Below are positions 25,587 through 39,488 of a DNA stretch of 64,000 nucleotides, piece by piece. Location of the stretch: contig OZ024743.1 in NCBI GenBank assembly GCA_964016885.1, positions 13,268,001-13,332,000 of the forward strand. Reading direction: 5' to 3'. The position numbers and the translations under genes were made by a program. Under the pieces are notes generated by a model. That model searched no databases, had not been told where the DNA came from, and saw only the letters and a list, made by a program, of their open reading frames with translations. The stretch is from Eledone cirrhosa (taxonomy: Eukaryota). How positions within the stretch are numbered: the stretch's first letter is position 1; each line of letters begins with the position of its first letter.

Positions 25587-26299
25587 CATGCACGCTCACT
25601 CACTCACTCACTCACTCACTCACTCACTCACTCACACATACACACATACACACAAACACACGCACAAAACACACATAATTTATTTTTTAAAAAATACATT
25701 CTGTTTTATTATTTTAACTTTTAACTTCCCCTCCGTTTTCACTTTTTAACTTTCAGCTCTGAGTGTGTGTGCGTAAGTGTGTGTGTGCGTAAGTGTGTGC
25801 GTGCGCGTGCGAGTGCAAGTGTGTGCGTGTGTGCGTGTGCGTGGGCGTGTGCGCATGCTCGTACGTGTGTGCGTGCGTGCGTGCGTGTATTGTGCTCGGG
25901 CTAACTACTTAAACAAAAAGTTAACTAGGGCTCGAGTATGAGATCAATAATGAGATTCGCTGTGAATACTGTAATAAGCAGCCCCAGATCAAAATAGAGC
26001 TGGCTCTTTGGCAAGCCCTAGCACTAGCCAGCCATCCGAGCCAGAGTTATGGTGAAACTGCAGGCGTCAGTACAGTGGATGTGATTAAGTGGATGAGTTT
26101 CTCGTAACCAACTGGTCTCATCACAAGACATCATGCATATCAATATCAATGGTTAGCTGTCTCCCCTAAGGGCGGTGAACAAGGATAAGATACTTTATTT
26201 AAGGACTTGGAAAGAATGAAATGCAAAGTGAACTTCAGATGTGTTTGAACTCAGAGCGCAGTGTACCGCAACAAATACCGAAACCTTTTTAATCAGACA

Positions 26300-26323
26300 C
26301 CCTAACCCTAACCCTAACCCGAA
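26300..26323 (-). repeat. Short interstitial telomeric-type repeat (TTAGGG)3 plus one variant unit, inside a decayed SINE
   Basis: CCCTAACCCTAACCCTAACCCGAA. Confidence 0.75.
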
Positions 26324-27708
26324 CGACAATGCTTATTCGCTGCCAAATTCTAGATAGAATGAATATAAGTAAATTTAAAATCTTCAATTGTGAGTGTATT
26401 ATTTAATTTCGCTGTTTGCCTCTGACCCCGGATATGCTGACAAACCTCCTTGACATGACCGCGTTTCTCTCCCGTCAATCAGTAAATACTATTCACGGTA
26501 GCAGGAAGATCTGATATGGTGATTATAGTGCGCGTGATTGCGCCTGTGTGTACGTACAAGCGTTTAAAATGTGTAGATGTGTAGATGTGAATGCGCGTGT
26601 GTATGTGATGAGTTCGAGATCTAAAAGCTATGTTTGTTTTTGTTTGTTGTTATTCATTTTTTTTCTTTACCATCTCAATTTTTTTTTCTCCTTTTCTTTT
26701 TCGTTACGACTGTCATATCAACCACTATGTACTAACCACCAACCACCAGCCACCAAACCCCTTATCTATCGTGTTTCCCTTCAACATCATGTATTGATTA
26801 TTTAGTATGTAATCACAACTTGTAACGACAATTTACTGGTTCGACAGTAAAAGAAAACTTCCTGCAAATAACACACACGATAGAAGTATATATAAAAAAG
26901 ACATGAGAAATAAATAAATAGAAAAAATAAGACGAAAAATCTAAATAGGTTGTTTTGTTTGTCTATTATTATCTATTGTTGGTCGCTCTGTTTTCTAGCG
27001 TTTTACTGAGTAAATTTCCTGAAAAGTGTTCATCCAACTAATGATCATATTAACACGGTTAGAACAACCCTGCATTCTTCCGGTGTAGGTGAACTCTAAT
27101 AGGCGGTGTATTAATTTGGGAAAATGAAAAATTGAGGCGAAATAAAAGCAAATAAACAAAGCATACAAGACGAAGATGATTATGAAGATGATGATGATGT
27201 TGATAAGGATATTAGTAATAATATTAGTAAAGATTTCTGATTTAGGGGGAGGGAAAGTCGATTAAATCGAACCAGTGCGTTACTGGTGCGTTATTTTGTC
27301 GACGCCGTAAGGATGAACGGCAAACCTTACCATGGCGTGAATTGGAATCAGAACGTAAAGGGCTGTAACTCCATGCCTCAAAGTATGGCGTCTAACGCTC
27401 TACCGATAATAATAATAGTAGTAGTAGTAGTAGTAGTAGTATTTGTCACTTGTATCGATCAGTTCAAGAAGTAATCCTTTTACTTGAGGGTTCTCTTGAG
27501 AAGCCAGTGACCCCACAGCCCTGGTAGACTATCTTCTTGTATTACAACTGCAAACCAATCGGCGAAAATGCAGTCGTTACTTTGGAGAAAAAATTAGGTC
27601 TAGTTTGTCTATTTTCTCTTCACATATATAATTTGATAGATAGCTCTAATTAAATGATTATGTTTTAATTATTTCAGTCACTGAGAAACTAATTTCCCTG
27701 AAACTAAC

Positions 27709-27774
27709 AGGTAGCCTGAATATCGCCTGTTATGTGTGTGTCTGTGCCAGTATATATATATTTATATATATTTA

Positions 27775-27859
<85 letters not shown>

Positions 27860-28044
27860 TGGTACACACATACATATCACAGGCGATATTCAGGCTACCT
27901 TTTAGTTCGGATCTAGCTGTCGAAACTGCCGGACCTCAGCCGTCGGGGTCCTGACTCTTTTCCTATTACCCATTCTACTACCCTAAGTATCGAGTACTCT
28001 CGTGCGTTATGGTCCACCTGGTTTCTTACCACACTTTCTTTGTT
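27709..28044 (+). repeat. Unclassified TA-associated repeat (family B) with a partial inverted copy across a (TA)n tract
   Basis: Perfect 22-bp inverted repeat 27709-27730 / 27879-27900. 27900-28044 is homologous to 56223-56289, 56578-56712 and (reverse) 57857-57998. Confidence 0.8.
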
Positions 28045-28056
28045 ATATATATATAT

Positions 28057-28673
28057 AAGGCTATCTATTTAAGGCTGTACATGGCTATGGTGCGGCCACA
28101 CTTAGAATTTGCATCACCAGTCTGGAACCCCTATCTTGCTCAGAACATTGACCGCTTGGAAACTGTTCAGAGACGTGCAACCAAGCGAATACCCTCCATC
28201 AGGCATCTACCATACTCTGAACACCTTACTTCCCTGGGCATGGATACATTGAAGCTCCGACGCCTGGAAATTGACTTGGTAAACACCCACACAATTCTTA
28301 ACCATCTTGCCAACAACAACCCTGAGTACCTTTTTGATTTCCATGTGTCTAACACACGTGGACATGCCCACAAAGTCAGAAAACAGCACAGTTCCCATGA
28401 CTTTCGGAAACATTTTTTCACGCTCAGAGTTGCTGAAGCATGGAACAAAGTACCTGCATCAGTTGTTAGCTGTCGAAACACTGCATCCTTAAAAACCTCC
28501 ATGCTTCCTGAGATTCGCAAACACTACACCTAATATTCCCCCTCCATATACACGCACACATGTATATCATGACTCATAAACTATTCACTTCCTTGCCATT
28601 TGTATATTATTCTATGTACCATACATGCACCTTTGACGAGTTGTAGTGCACTTGTGCACTTTACACAATAATT

Positions 28674-28718
<45 letters not shown>
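28057..28718 (+). mobile_element. 5'-truncated CR1-clade LINE (C-terminus of ORF2, 3' UTR, (ATT)n tail)
   Basis: LYMAMVRPHLEFASPVWNP, LETVQRRATK, LKLRR, NTRGH, RKHFFTLRVAEAWNKVP; open to the stop at 28533; (ATT)n at 28676-28718. Confidence 0.93.
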
Positions 28719-28734
<16 letters not shown>

Positions 28735-28749
28735 TGTATAGATCACAAA

Positions 28750-29620
28750 CGTCAACGGGGATGGTAAAATAAAGTACCAGTAATGCACTGAGGTCAATTT
28801 ATTCAATATTCCCCTTCTCTTCAAATTGCTGGCCTAATGCTAAAAAGTAGAAACGATTATTAATGTTTCAAGAGCGGTGGATTGGCAATATCGCAAGAAA
28901 GTCAGATAAAATGTATTTAGTTACCGTTCTAAATGTCCTAAGTCCAAATTCCGCCATCAGATTTGCCTTTCATCCTTCCAGATTCGATAAAACAAAGGAC
29001 CTGTAAAGTTCATGAACGGTATAATCGATTCCTTTCTAACCACAAATTGCTAGTTTTGTGCCTAATTTAGAAATCATCATTGCTATTGTTACGGCCGTTA
29101 TTCGCATTGGAGTAGGACCAGGTAGTATGTACCAGGTTTTAGCTAAGAGGTTTTCATTTCCATGCCGTCGCATGCAGACACAGTCACTCTCACGCGCCTC
29201 CCTCCCTCGATCCAACAGTACGAACATTTCGTAGCTGGAAGGAGAGAGGGTTGGATCAATAATGGGCTGGTACTTTCTTTGTCTTTCATTTTTACGAGTT
29301 CGATAAAATAATGAACACATCAAATATTGGTGGTAACTTCCCTTTCTTCAACTAACGCATTGGACTCTTGTTTAAATTAGAAACCATTGTTACTAACATT
29401 GTTATCAAAACGGTAAATTACCAAAATTGTCAGAGCATCGGACAAAATCCTTTGCAGTATTTGTTTCGACTCTTTACGTTTTGTAAATCCCATCGAATCA
29501 AATTTGCCTTTTGATCAAACAGGGTTGATAAAATAAAGTATGAGTCAAGTACAGAAGTCGATAAAATCTGTTACGCCTTCCCCAGTTTCTGACCTTGAAC
29601 CTGTATCAGAAACAATTATC
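28750..29620 (+). mobile_element. Cluster of older Nin-type SINE copies
   Basis: Degenerate matches to the family consensus at about 28750-28860, 28870-29080, 29275-29390 and 29410-29620. Confidence 0.7.
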
Positions 29621-29632
29621 ATTATTATCTAA

Positions 29633-29819
29633 AAGGGCGGTGGGTTGGCAGTATCGGTAGAGGGTCGGACGCCATGCTTTCCAGCATAGTTACGTCCCTT
29701 TACGATCTGAGTTCAAATCCCGCCGAGGTTGACTTTGCCTTTCATCCTTACGGGGCCGATAAAATAAAGTACCAGTAATGAACTGGGTATTTGCTGGCCT
29801 TGTGCCTAAAGTAGAAACA
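29633..29819 (+). mobile_element. Full-length young Nin-type tRNA SINE with 12-bp TSD
   Basis: TSD ATTATTATCTAA at 29621-29632 and 29820-29831; B-box GAGTTCAAATCC; GCCTTTCATCCTTACGGGGCCGATAAAATAAAGTACCAG. Confidence 0.92.
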
Positions 29820-30507
29820 ATTATTATCTAAGAGTGCTTGGTTGACTGAAACAGAAAGGAGTTAAATTAACTAAATACTTTGCTGCTTTTTGATATTTTT
29901 TTTTAAGTCCTGAATTTAAATCTCGGAGTTATGGGTTTTATTTTAATTCCTAAAAGGTTGATGGCGACAAAAATTGAGTGGTATAGATTTAATTGATTAT
30001 ACCGCTCCAGGAAAATTTGAAGAGCAGCTACCTGTTTGAGACCCCCCCCCCCTGTTTCGGTGCAGGTAAAACGGCCGAAATAAGATAATCACAGAAAACA
30101 ATCATTCGAGTGTAACCCCCCCCCCCCCAACTCCGAAAACATGTAAACTTATGTCTATGCTACACATTTATATTATTACATGTTTATACATACCTACCGA
30201 CCTGCCAAGCTACACGTTTACATACTTATCTTGTAATCAGTTGTAACTGGTAACATTGAAGTATCTTTTTTTTATCAAATAAACTATCTGTTCATTAGAA
30301 CACACACTACTCTGTTGAGTTAACATGTGTTGACATTCAGGAGACTTTCCCTGTGAACATGTTGACAGAAACGGCAGTTTCTTAGCAAAGCACACATGTG
30401 TCGTCTGGTTGCTTACCTGTTTTCACTGCTGCGTCCGTTCCGTTTCATAGTCTGTACTTCCTTCGACAAGGGTCTAATTATATGCAGTGAAAGTATATAC
30501 ATATATA

Positions 30508-30579
<72 letters not shown>

Positions 30580-31065
30580 ATACAATAACAGAGATAGCTT
30601 AAAGCTAAACTCTGACTGGTAACCATCTCACTCAACAAACATTAGGTTATATGTTAATATACACCCAATTTAAGTGTTTGGGGTGCTAACTATATGTATT
30701 ATGTGGAAAGCCAGTTGTATTATTTTATGAGATATAATTAAAGTTAAAATATATCTCTCTTTCCAAACAATTGTTTCATTATAAGTTTTCTACAAATTAG
30801 GAGAATGTTTCCAGTTTATGTAGAAGCCTAACATATATTCATGTAAGAATATATTTAGGTGGATACTTATAAATCATCAGTGGAAGCCCATTAAACTTTG
30901 ATATAAGAAAAAATTCTTACCGCAGTTAAAAATCGTGTCTGCTAAGCTGCTCCCTCACGCATCGAATGACCGCCAAATTTGAAATTCCAGCAGTTTTTGA
31001 CTGAGGAAGTATTATAGCGTCACGATTCGGCAAGGGGAGACAACCAATACACGAGAAAAGAAAAA

Positions 31066-31550
31066 ATAATATTCACGCGGGTTAATTAATTTTTTCAAAA
31101 AACATTATCAATCTAACGTGTTAAGAACTCAATTGAAATTAAAAAAATAAATGCATGCGTGTATTAATTACACACGCATATAGATATTTTCATAGGCTAA
31201 AAACAGAAGTCGTACCCGAATAACAAACCGCATTTCATAACCGTAGTAAATACGGAAAGTTACGCTTTAAAGGGCAATCGGGAATGTAAATCTCTGGCCG
31301 AATTAAGAGTAAAATATTAAATATACGTGGGTTAATTAGTTATTTCAAAACTAATATCAATTCCACGTGTTAAGAACTCAATTAATTTAAAAAAATAAAA
31401 GTATGCATGTAATTATTTACACAGGCATATATATATTTTCTTAGGCTAAAAACAGAGAAGTGACAACCAAAAAACCATCATATCACACAACAGCAATAAA
31501 TACGGAAAGTCATATTTATAAGGTACCTGGAAATAAATACCTCTGGCCAA
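31066..31550. repeat. Diverged tandem duplication of about 250 bp
   Basis: Shared blocks GGGTTAATTA, ACGTGTTAAGAACTCAATT, TAGGCTAAAAACAGA, TAAATACGGAAAGT and CTCTGGCC recur about 250 bp apart. Confidence 0.85.
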
Positions 31551-31568
31551 TATATATATATATATATA

Positions 31569-31635
<67 letters not shown>

Positions 31636-32989
31636 TTGTGTATGTGTTTGTGTGACTGTGTATATATATGTGTGTGTGTATGTGTATATGTGCGTATGTA
31701 TGTAAATATATGTGTTTGTGTGCGTGTGTGTCGCTGTCTGGATGTATGCGTGTTACGTGTTTGTTTTTATATGACCACCCATTCTGTCATTTTATCTCTC
31801 TCTCTTAACACACATAAATGAGAACTCTTCACCTTTTTATCGTTATTAATCCAATTATTTGCAATTGTTAATTTTGATATGAACATTTAAATACTTCTCA
31901 GCCAATGTTTGTTTTACGTACAAGCCAGTAATTTCATAGAAAGTTAATCATCTTATGTCAACTCTCTGTATGATAACATATCTTCCACATAGTATTCTGT
32001 TTTGCATCATTGATATGCTATCATTACCTACGCGTTACACCACCACCGTATTAGAAACTCTCTAGCAGACGTTTTTCAAACATAGTAATATCTCTTACAT
32101 CAGTGATATACTTTAAATGATTACGTCGTATAACCCATCATTTTTTATAAAATGAACTTTTCTTTGATTTTACCATGAAAATCTCCCTAATGAATCGAAG
32201 TAGAAAGAACAAACAGGATGATGTAATCCTAAATACATTACCCTGCTTGCAAATATATGTCAACATCATGAACGGCTTGACTATAAACCAAAGTTTGCTC
32301 GATAAATACAGACATGGAGCTAAATAACAAGAACAGTATATATTACATATTTTGCTTTATAATAACAATTATTATTATTGGATTGGCAGTATCGATAGAG
32401 CGTCGGAAAACATGCAGCATAGAGTTAGGGTCCTTTACGCTCTGAGTTCAAATCCCTCGGAAGTTAGCTTCGGATTTTAGTCTTCATTTTTATTATTACT
32501 ATATATATATATATAATCTCAATTGTGAGCAGTGTCAGCGGGTTGCTTATTGGAAAAGCATTTTACAGCAACAAGGCACTGCCAACGATAGCACCACTAT
32601 TCATATCAACAGTACAATTAACCTAACATCACCACCCACATAAACGTCCCTTCACACCACCATCATATATACCACTAACTATTGACATCACTAAATGCTA
32701 CTGTATAACTCTATAATATATTTCATTTACTAGAAATAATAGTTAAATCTTCATATCACAACGAAAAGGGGAAGGGCAGACTAGAAAATAGTGTTAAGTT
32801 AGAACGCTTTTTTACTTATATCATTTGGATTAGGGCTTTTTATTTTGTAGTCAGTATGGAATGGAAATGCCCCCGCAACCGATGTGCAATAAGTATATTT
32901 CTAGGCATAACACTTTACATAGGTTACCATTAAGAAAATAATTACTAAAGTACGCGGAGTCCGAATACATAAATGCAAACATAAATATA

Positions 32990-33414
32990 CAGGGGTGGGT
33001 TGGGGGTTGGAAAGATACTACTCATTGAAAACTACTTATTACTTATGGCCTACTGTTACCACTTCGGACATCATCACTGACCGCCTTCATGCAAGATAAT
33101 GGGTTGTTGTGAAATTTCCAGGACGTGGGCTAGTTCGTCCAGGTCCACACAAATAGCTAGCAGGAAGCCTTGACTTCCTGTATGGTTGTTGAAGAAGTTT
33201 ATAGCTCAAAACCAAAACCTCTGACTCAATTACAGGTACGCATTCGTCAAATAACGAACCAACATCCCGCCTGAATTCTTGATGTAGACAGTTGAGGATA
33301 TACTCAGCCGATTAGAGAGGCTGGTAGAATCTTGAAAATGTTTTATGAAAATCGACTGATAATTAATAAAGATATTAACAATATTAAATAGAGGGCTTCT
33401 TTCTATCCACCTTG
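32990..33414 (+). mobile_element. Internally deleted, decayed Tc1/mariner-superfamily element
   Basis: TA|CAGGGGTGG ... CCACCTTG|TA termini. Interrupted translation FPGR...DFLYG..EEVYSSKPKPLTQLQVRIRQ..IPPEFL..TVEDILSRLERLVE resembles a transposase C-terminus. Confidence 0.7.
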
Positions 33415-33756
33415 TATATATCCGTTCGTACTGTCAATTTAGGTGCCTTATGGGCCTTTACGCTAGCTTAGGAGCAAGCTAGCCCATGTAATCTGTTTAA
33501 AATAAATATTACAAGTATGCAATTTTTCCTCATTAATTAGCAATAAATAGCAATAATATCATAGTAGGAATATTGTTAAGAATCGTTGTAATATATAAAT
33601 TGTGCCAAAGCCATGGGTGAGTAATTAAGATTTCTGTGTAATCAGGGATTGCAGGTTCAATCCCACTGCTTAGTAGTTAAACACGCTATGTATTCTATCA
33701 TATTGTTGGATCAACCAATGCCTTGTGAGTGACAAAAACTGGCGGAACCTGTAGAG

Positions 33757-33901
33757 CAGTGCTCGCTAACCAGTAGTTCGCGAGAAAATGTTGGTGGTCC
33801 GCAGAAAAATGTTAATGTATTTCTCTTATCAAAAGAATTCATATAAGTAGTCCGCGGGATTTGAAATTATGAATCTAGATTCGAAATTTTGGCGATCGCT
33901 G
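33757..33901. mobile_element. hAT-type MITE with perfect 8-bp TSD, nested in a decayed SINE
   Basis: TIRs CAGTGCTCGCTAA / TTGGCGATCGCTG; TSD CTGTAGAG at 33749-33756 and 33902-33909. Confidence 0.88.
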
Positions 33902-34594
33902 CTGTAGAGGAACCCGCTGGATTGGATTAAATATAAATGTATTTGAAAGTGTTATATTGTCACTGTGTGAAATGCCAGGTACACATGTTTGTAGAACATT
34001 CACTCACATTATAAGTCCATGAATAAATAGTTCACTTGATTGAACAACTAGAATAATCGTCCACTAAGCCGATGGATGTTTTATTTACATGTTTAGTACA
34101 CAAAATATACTTTATATAGAAAATAACACACATAATTCCACAACTGTTTGTTTACTCATCTGCGATTGTTAAATGTCGTTATTGTTGATACAACTTTGTA
34201 TGTTACTAATTCTGACATTGTGCGTAATAATTCTGTTGTTGTTGTTGTTGTTATGTTAGTTTTATTAATATGTTATAGTCATGTTATTATTATGCCGTTG
34301 CCGTTACAATCATGGTGTTAGTTTGAAATTGCTTTCTTTACAACTATCTCTTTCTTTCTTTTTCTCGACCTTCAGTGCAGTACAGAAGATCGTTTCACCC
34401 ACTTTCGCATGCTTTCGTGGCCACGGCTGGAAAGCCCTATATCAGAGATCTGAGGTGACTCACTGGAAATCAACTAATTTTCATTCACATGCAGTCATCA
34501 AACCAAGGCTAAAACAGAAAACAATTGCTCCAGATGCCACGCAGTAGGAGTGAACTCAAAAGGACATGTTTGAAAGTAAGCTACTTACATAAAT

Positions 34595-34726
<132 letters not shown>

Positions 34727-35602
34727 ATATATATATATTTTTATAACGTCGGATAGAATGCTTTGCGGTATTCATTCTGGCTTTTGCTCTCTAAGTTCAA
34801 ATCAACTTTGCATCTCATTCTTTCGAGGTCGATAACAAAAGTACCAGTCGAGTACTGGGGTCGATTCTGCCTCCACATCCCTTTTTCGCTCTTCTCTTTC
34901 ACGTTATATCCTCCTCTGGGTGAAATCTGTGTTCAGAGCTAGAGAGCGATGGGCTTTGCCTAGATTAAAATGTCCAAGGAACACGGTATGTCTCTACGAT
35001 GCCCCTGTGACTCCATAAGGAGTTATGGGACCATAACTTACCATTTATTTGTAATACATATACCTGAAATGGACCTCCGTGTGTTTCCACGATAAGTGTT
35101 CCAGTTGTTCAATAGATGAACCAGCCTGCTCATGAAAATAACTTGTAAGTATCTGGACATTCCACAGACACATGTATCCACGATATAGTTCTCAGAGAGA
35201 TACAGCGTAACACAGTGTTTGACAAAACTGGCCTTTTGATTTACAGGTACAGTCCACCCGAAGTCTTTCGTCCAATTTTGGTCAAAATGCGTAGGTATAC
35301 TCGAAGGTGTGGTAAATGATACGAGCCATTGACACCACTCAGGAGGCGTGGAACTGGGGACCTAATGTTGGCAAAGTGATCTCCAATATGTGTGTGTATG
35401 CGCACGCGCGCGTGTGTGTGTGTGAGTGAGAGAGAGAGAGTGTGTGTATCAGCATGGCCGCATTCTATTGGTTAAATCCCGAAAAAGAATAAAAAAAAAA
35501 ATATATATATATAAGTGTGGTGACCCCGCATGGCCTCAGCCGGATGGCTGGTAAAGGTAACAGAGTAAACAAGTATATATATATTCACATGATGTATATA
35601 CA

Positions 35603-35664
<62 letters not shown>

Positions 35665-36390
35665 TTTCACTACCATCTCTCTTGTTACGTCTACAAACAG
35701 CACTTCCACCAGCACACTTACACATACACAACTGACAATGAAGTAACATACAAATATACACACACATTCAACAAGAATCATTGACACATATCTTCCAGAT
35801 TCACACTCACACTCTCACATAACCAACGCACTTTCGTAGTCCACATACTTCAACTTTACATAATTACCCCTCTCACTCTACAATCTTTCTCGTCTCCCCT
35901 CTCTCATATACACACACGCAAACATTCACAAAACCACTCTAACGTCAAATACTCAGATATGCTTAACACACACACACGCACACACATACGCACACATATA
36001 CAAACATACTTTCCTTCTACTATCACAGCTCTCCACTGCCCACGTGACCTTTATTTGTCACACAAGCTTATCAACTTTTAGTGGGCAAGGAAAGAGAGGT
36101 GTTAAAGAATTTGCGACGCCAACAACCACCTGACGTTGTGTGCATATAACAGTGTGTGCGTGTGTGGGCAAATACATATACAAATACACACACACACACA
36201 TATCATATATATTAATATATATACATATATATATATATATATACATGTGTGTTTTTCTTGAATATTGCTTACAGGAATTATACGTAACGCTGCATTTGGA
36301 ATGCATTTGGAATATTAATATAATTTTCATCAGGTATTCTCTCTCAATACATTCTGTTTTACTATTTTACTGTTATAGTGTATATATTAA

Positions 36391-36727
<337 letters not shown>

Positions 36728-37784
36728 ACAATTGTGGGTTAAATACATTCTCGCTCATATCTATATACTTGCATGCATGCATATACAAGCACACGTGCAC
36801 ACACATACTTCCCCCTCCATATATATATATATATCATACAGCTCAGGACAAATTTCATGTAGCATTCACTTTCTCTTTTGTACATATGTTTTGAAATGTT
36901 ACTGGGGATGATTTCGTCTTTTACCCAGTTATACATGCCCGGTTAGTTCACTCAACTCCTCCATTCCCCAGCACATATTCAGGCAGCTACATCATCTTGG
37001 TTTCTAGGTTCGCTAGAAATAGCTGCCAATTCTCCCAGCAAAATAAGAATTCATTGAATAATGTATTCAAACCACGATGAGTACGGCCTGGTCACCTTTG
37101 AATATTTGAATATTATTCTACTCTCATATCTAGCGGGATATAAGTAATCCCATTGACAATTCTGTTCCTTTTTGCTGGTACAATAGAACGTTAGTCACTT
37201 AGATATGTAATATAGATAGCTGATGAACATAAATCTAAAGTTTTTCAGCTACATTTCTTATGCAAAACAGCATTGAAATTGTATATATTATACAAAAGCT
37301 TCCGTTTAGGTATTTTCCTAAACAGATTGTTTTCTGTTTAAGCATTTTTTCCATTTTCTAAAAGTATTTTTTTCATGAATCCTAACGTATTTTCATGTTT
37401 TTTTTTGTTCTTTTTTTGCTGACAAGAGTTATCTCTCTTGAATTGCCAAACAGTAGAAAAACTGTCAAGCGTTGCCCGTTAAAAAGCTACTTAGTGTAAT
37501 TAAATAAATAACAATTTAACAAATATTTATGATTTCTTTTCCTGTAGCTTTTCTATTTTTCACGACAGCTCCCAATGTCAATATATTTCCGTTTATTGTC
37601 TTCGTTACTGTCACCAGTAGTTGAACACAGGTTTATTCATATTGATTTCTAACTTAGGTAGAATGTCTGAGAAATTAATTCTGAGTATTTAGTCAAATAA
37701 CGTAATCGCATTGCTTGAGAGGCATTTACTGTAAAATGTCGACGGTATAATCGATCCTTACTCGAATTGAACCTAGAATATAAT

Positions 37785-37965
37785 TGTTTCTACTATTGGC
37801 ACAAGGCCAGAAATTACCCATTACATTACTGGTACTTTATTTTATCGACCCCGAGAAGGATGAAAGGCAAAGTTAACCTCGGCGGGATTTGAACTCAGAA
37901 TGGCAAGGGCCGTAACTCTATGCGTCAAAGCATGGCGTCCGAACCTCTACCGATACTGCCAATCC
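37785..37965 (-). mobile_element. Full-length young Nin-type tRNA SINE with 14-bp TSD
   Basis: ACCTAGAATATAAT at 37771-37784 and 37966-37979 flanks the reverse-complemented consensus. Confidence 0.92.
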
Positions 37966-38448
37966 ACCTAGAATATAATGTAACGAAACTAGATACCAAT
38001 TTGTCATCCATTCATAGCCCTATGCTTTAATGATGCAAACTTTGGAGAAACTGCGAAGCACCACATGCATCAAAATATTCTGGCATGTTTCAGTTTTGAT
38101 TCCCCTGTGTGATGTATATACACTTAATGTAATTCCCAAGCCGAGTAGGCGTGATATTATATATAGCAAGGCTGGATCCTTGAATTAGATGTACAATCCA
38201 CGGTAGTAATGGCATTAAGAGAGGATATGAAAAATCGTTTCTTTTTCCTACCAACAATACATTTACTATGATGGCTTCGTCAGTTTTCTTGTATCAATTA
38301 CCATTTCTTTAATTTTAATTTCGCAATTAGTGATCTTGATATACGGGTGTGGTAGATTGTGTTCTGTAGCTTTATATATTTCTTATCAAACGCATGTCCA
38401 CATGCACACACTCACACACATACACACACAGTTCAGCATCTTATCGTA

Positions 38449-38622
38449 GGCAGTATCGGTAGAGGTTCGGACGCCATGCATTCCAGCATAGTTACGTCCC
38501 TTTACAGTCTGAGTTCAAATCCGGTCGATGTTAACTTTGCCTTTCATCCTTACGGGGTCGATAAAATAAAGTACCAGTCACGCACTGGGTAATTTCTGGC
38601 CTTGTGCCAAAAGTAGAAACAA
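38449..38622 (+). mobile_element. Nin-type tRNA SINE with 8-bp TSD
   Basis: TTATCGTA at 38441-38448 and 38623-38630; consensus body. Confidence 0.9.
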
Positions 38623-38769
38623 TTATCGTATGAGCAAGTGAGAATAAAGAAAGGTAACTCTGCATATGAAAATTAGATTAGGAGAGATACATTTTACAAT
38701 TGTCCTTCTTGCATCTATCGTTTTGCTATGACATTTTAAAAGAGAGCCATAAATTATTCACTAGTCTTC

Positions 38770-38965
38770 CAATGAGACAATTCATCAACCATACAACCCT
38801 ATTTCGATTTCTGCATGCCATCCGTTCATTAGATCCAACCTTGTCTTCAACGGAACTCCTTCTGTTGCTAGCATTCGTGCCAGCCTTTTCCCACTTTGTT
38901 GCTGCAGACATTCAGCACTCACTCTTTAGAATTTGCATACGTCTCATTAATGTTACCTAGGAAAA
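38770..38965 (-). mobile_element. Decayed RTE-like LINE fragment
   Basis: Frameshifted reverse translation FLGNI...KGW...MLATEGVPLKTRLDL...LYG resembles the post-RT region of RTE elements. Confidence 0.4.
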
Positions 38966-39451
38966 TCACTGATTAGCTTTCTTTCTAACGAGAATATATG
39001 AATACCTTACCCTATGAAAGTTGTGGTTTAATATCGTATTTGCTATGTACGTTTATTGCATGTGTATATTCCATTACTAGTAAGTTCTGAATATACAGTA
39101 TTCTAGTACATGCAACCATTATTTAAAAAAGGAAAACATCCTTTCCTGGTTATATTCCTAGAATACTTATCTATCCTTAACAGCCAGATGAACTGAGTGA
39201 TAGAGAATAATGTGTTCCGCTCAAATGCGTGTCAAAACGGCGTGTGCTTATTTGAATGAGCAATATTTGAGGGATGGGTGCTATGTTGCTTAAGCATACA
39301 AACATACAGATGCACCAAATCTTCTCTTCCAACTATCAAATCAGAAACATATAAATGCTGAAAATATTCAAGAAATATCAATTTTTCCATAGATTTTTAC
39401 GGGTAAAATTATTCGCATTCACACACACACACACACTTTCACAAACATACT

Positions 39452-39488
<37 letters not shown>

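Noticed and set aside
38957-39010. Apparent minus-strand mini-intron and downstream exon
   Set aside because: All three phases hit stops quickly; the segment is better explained as an RTE relic.
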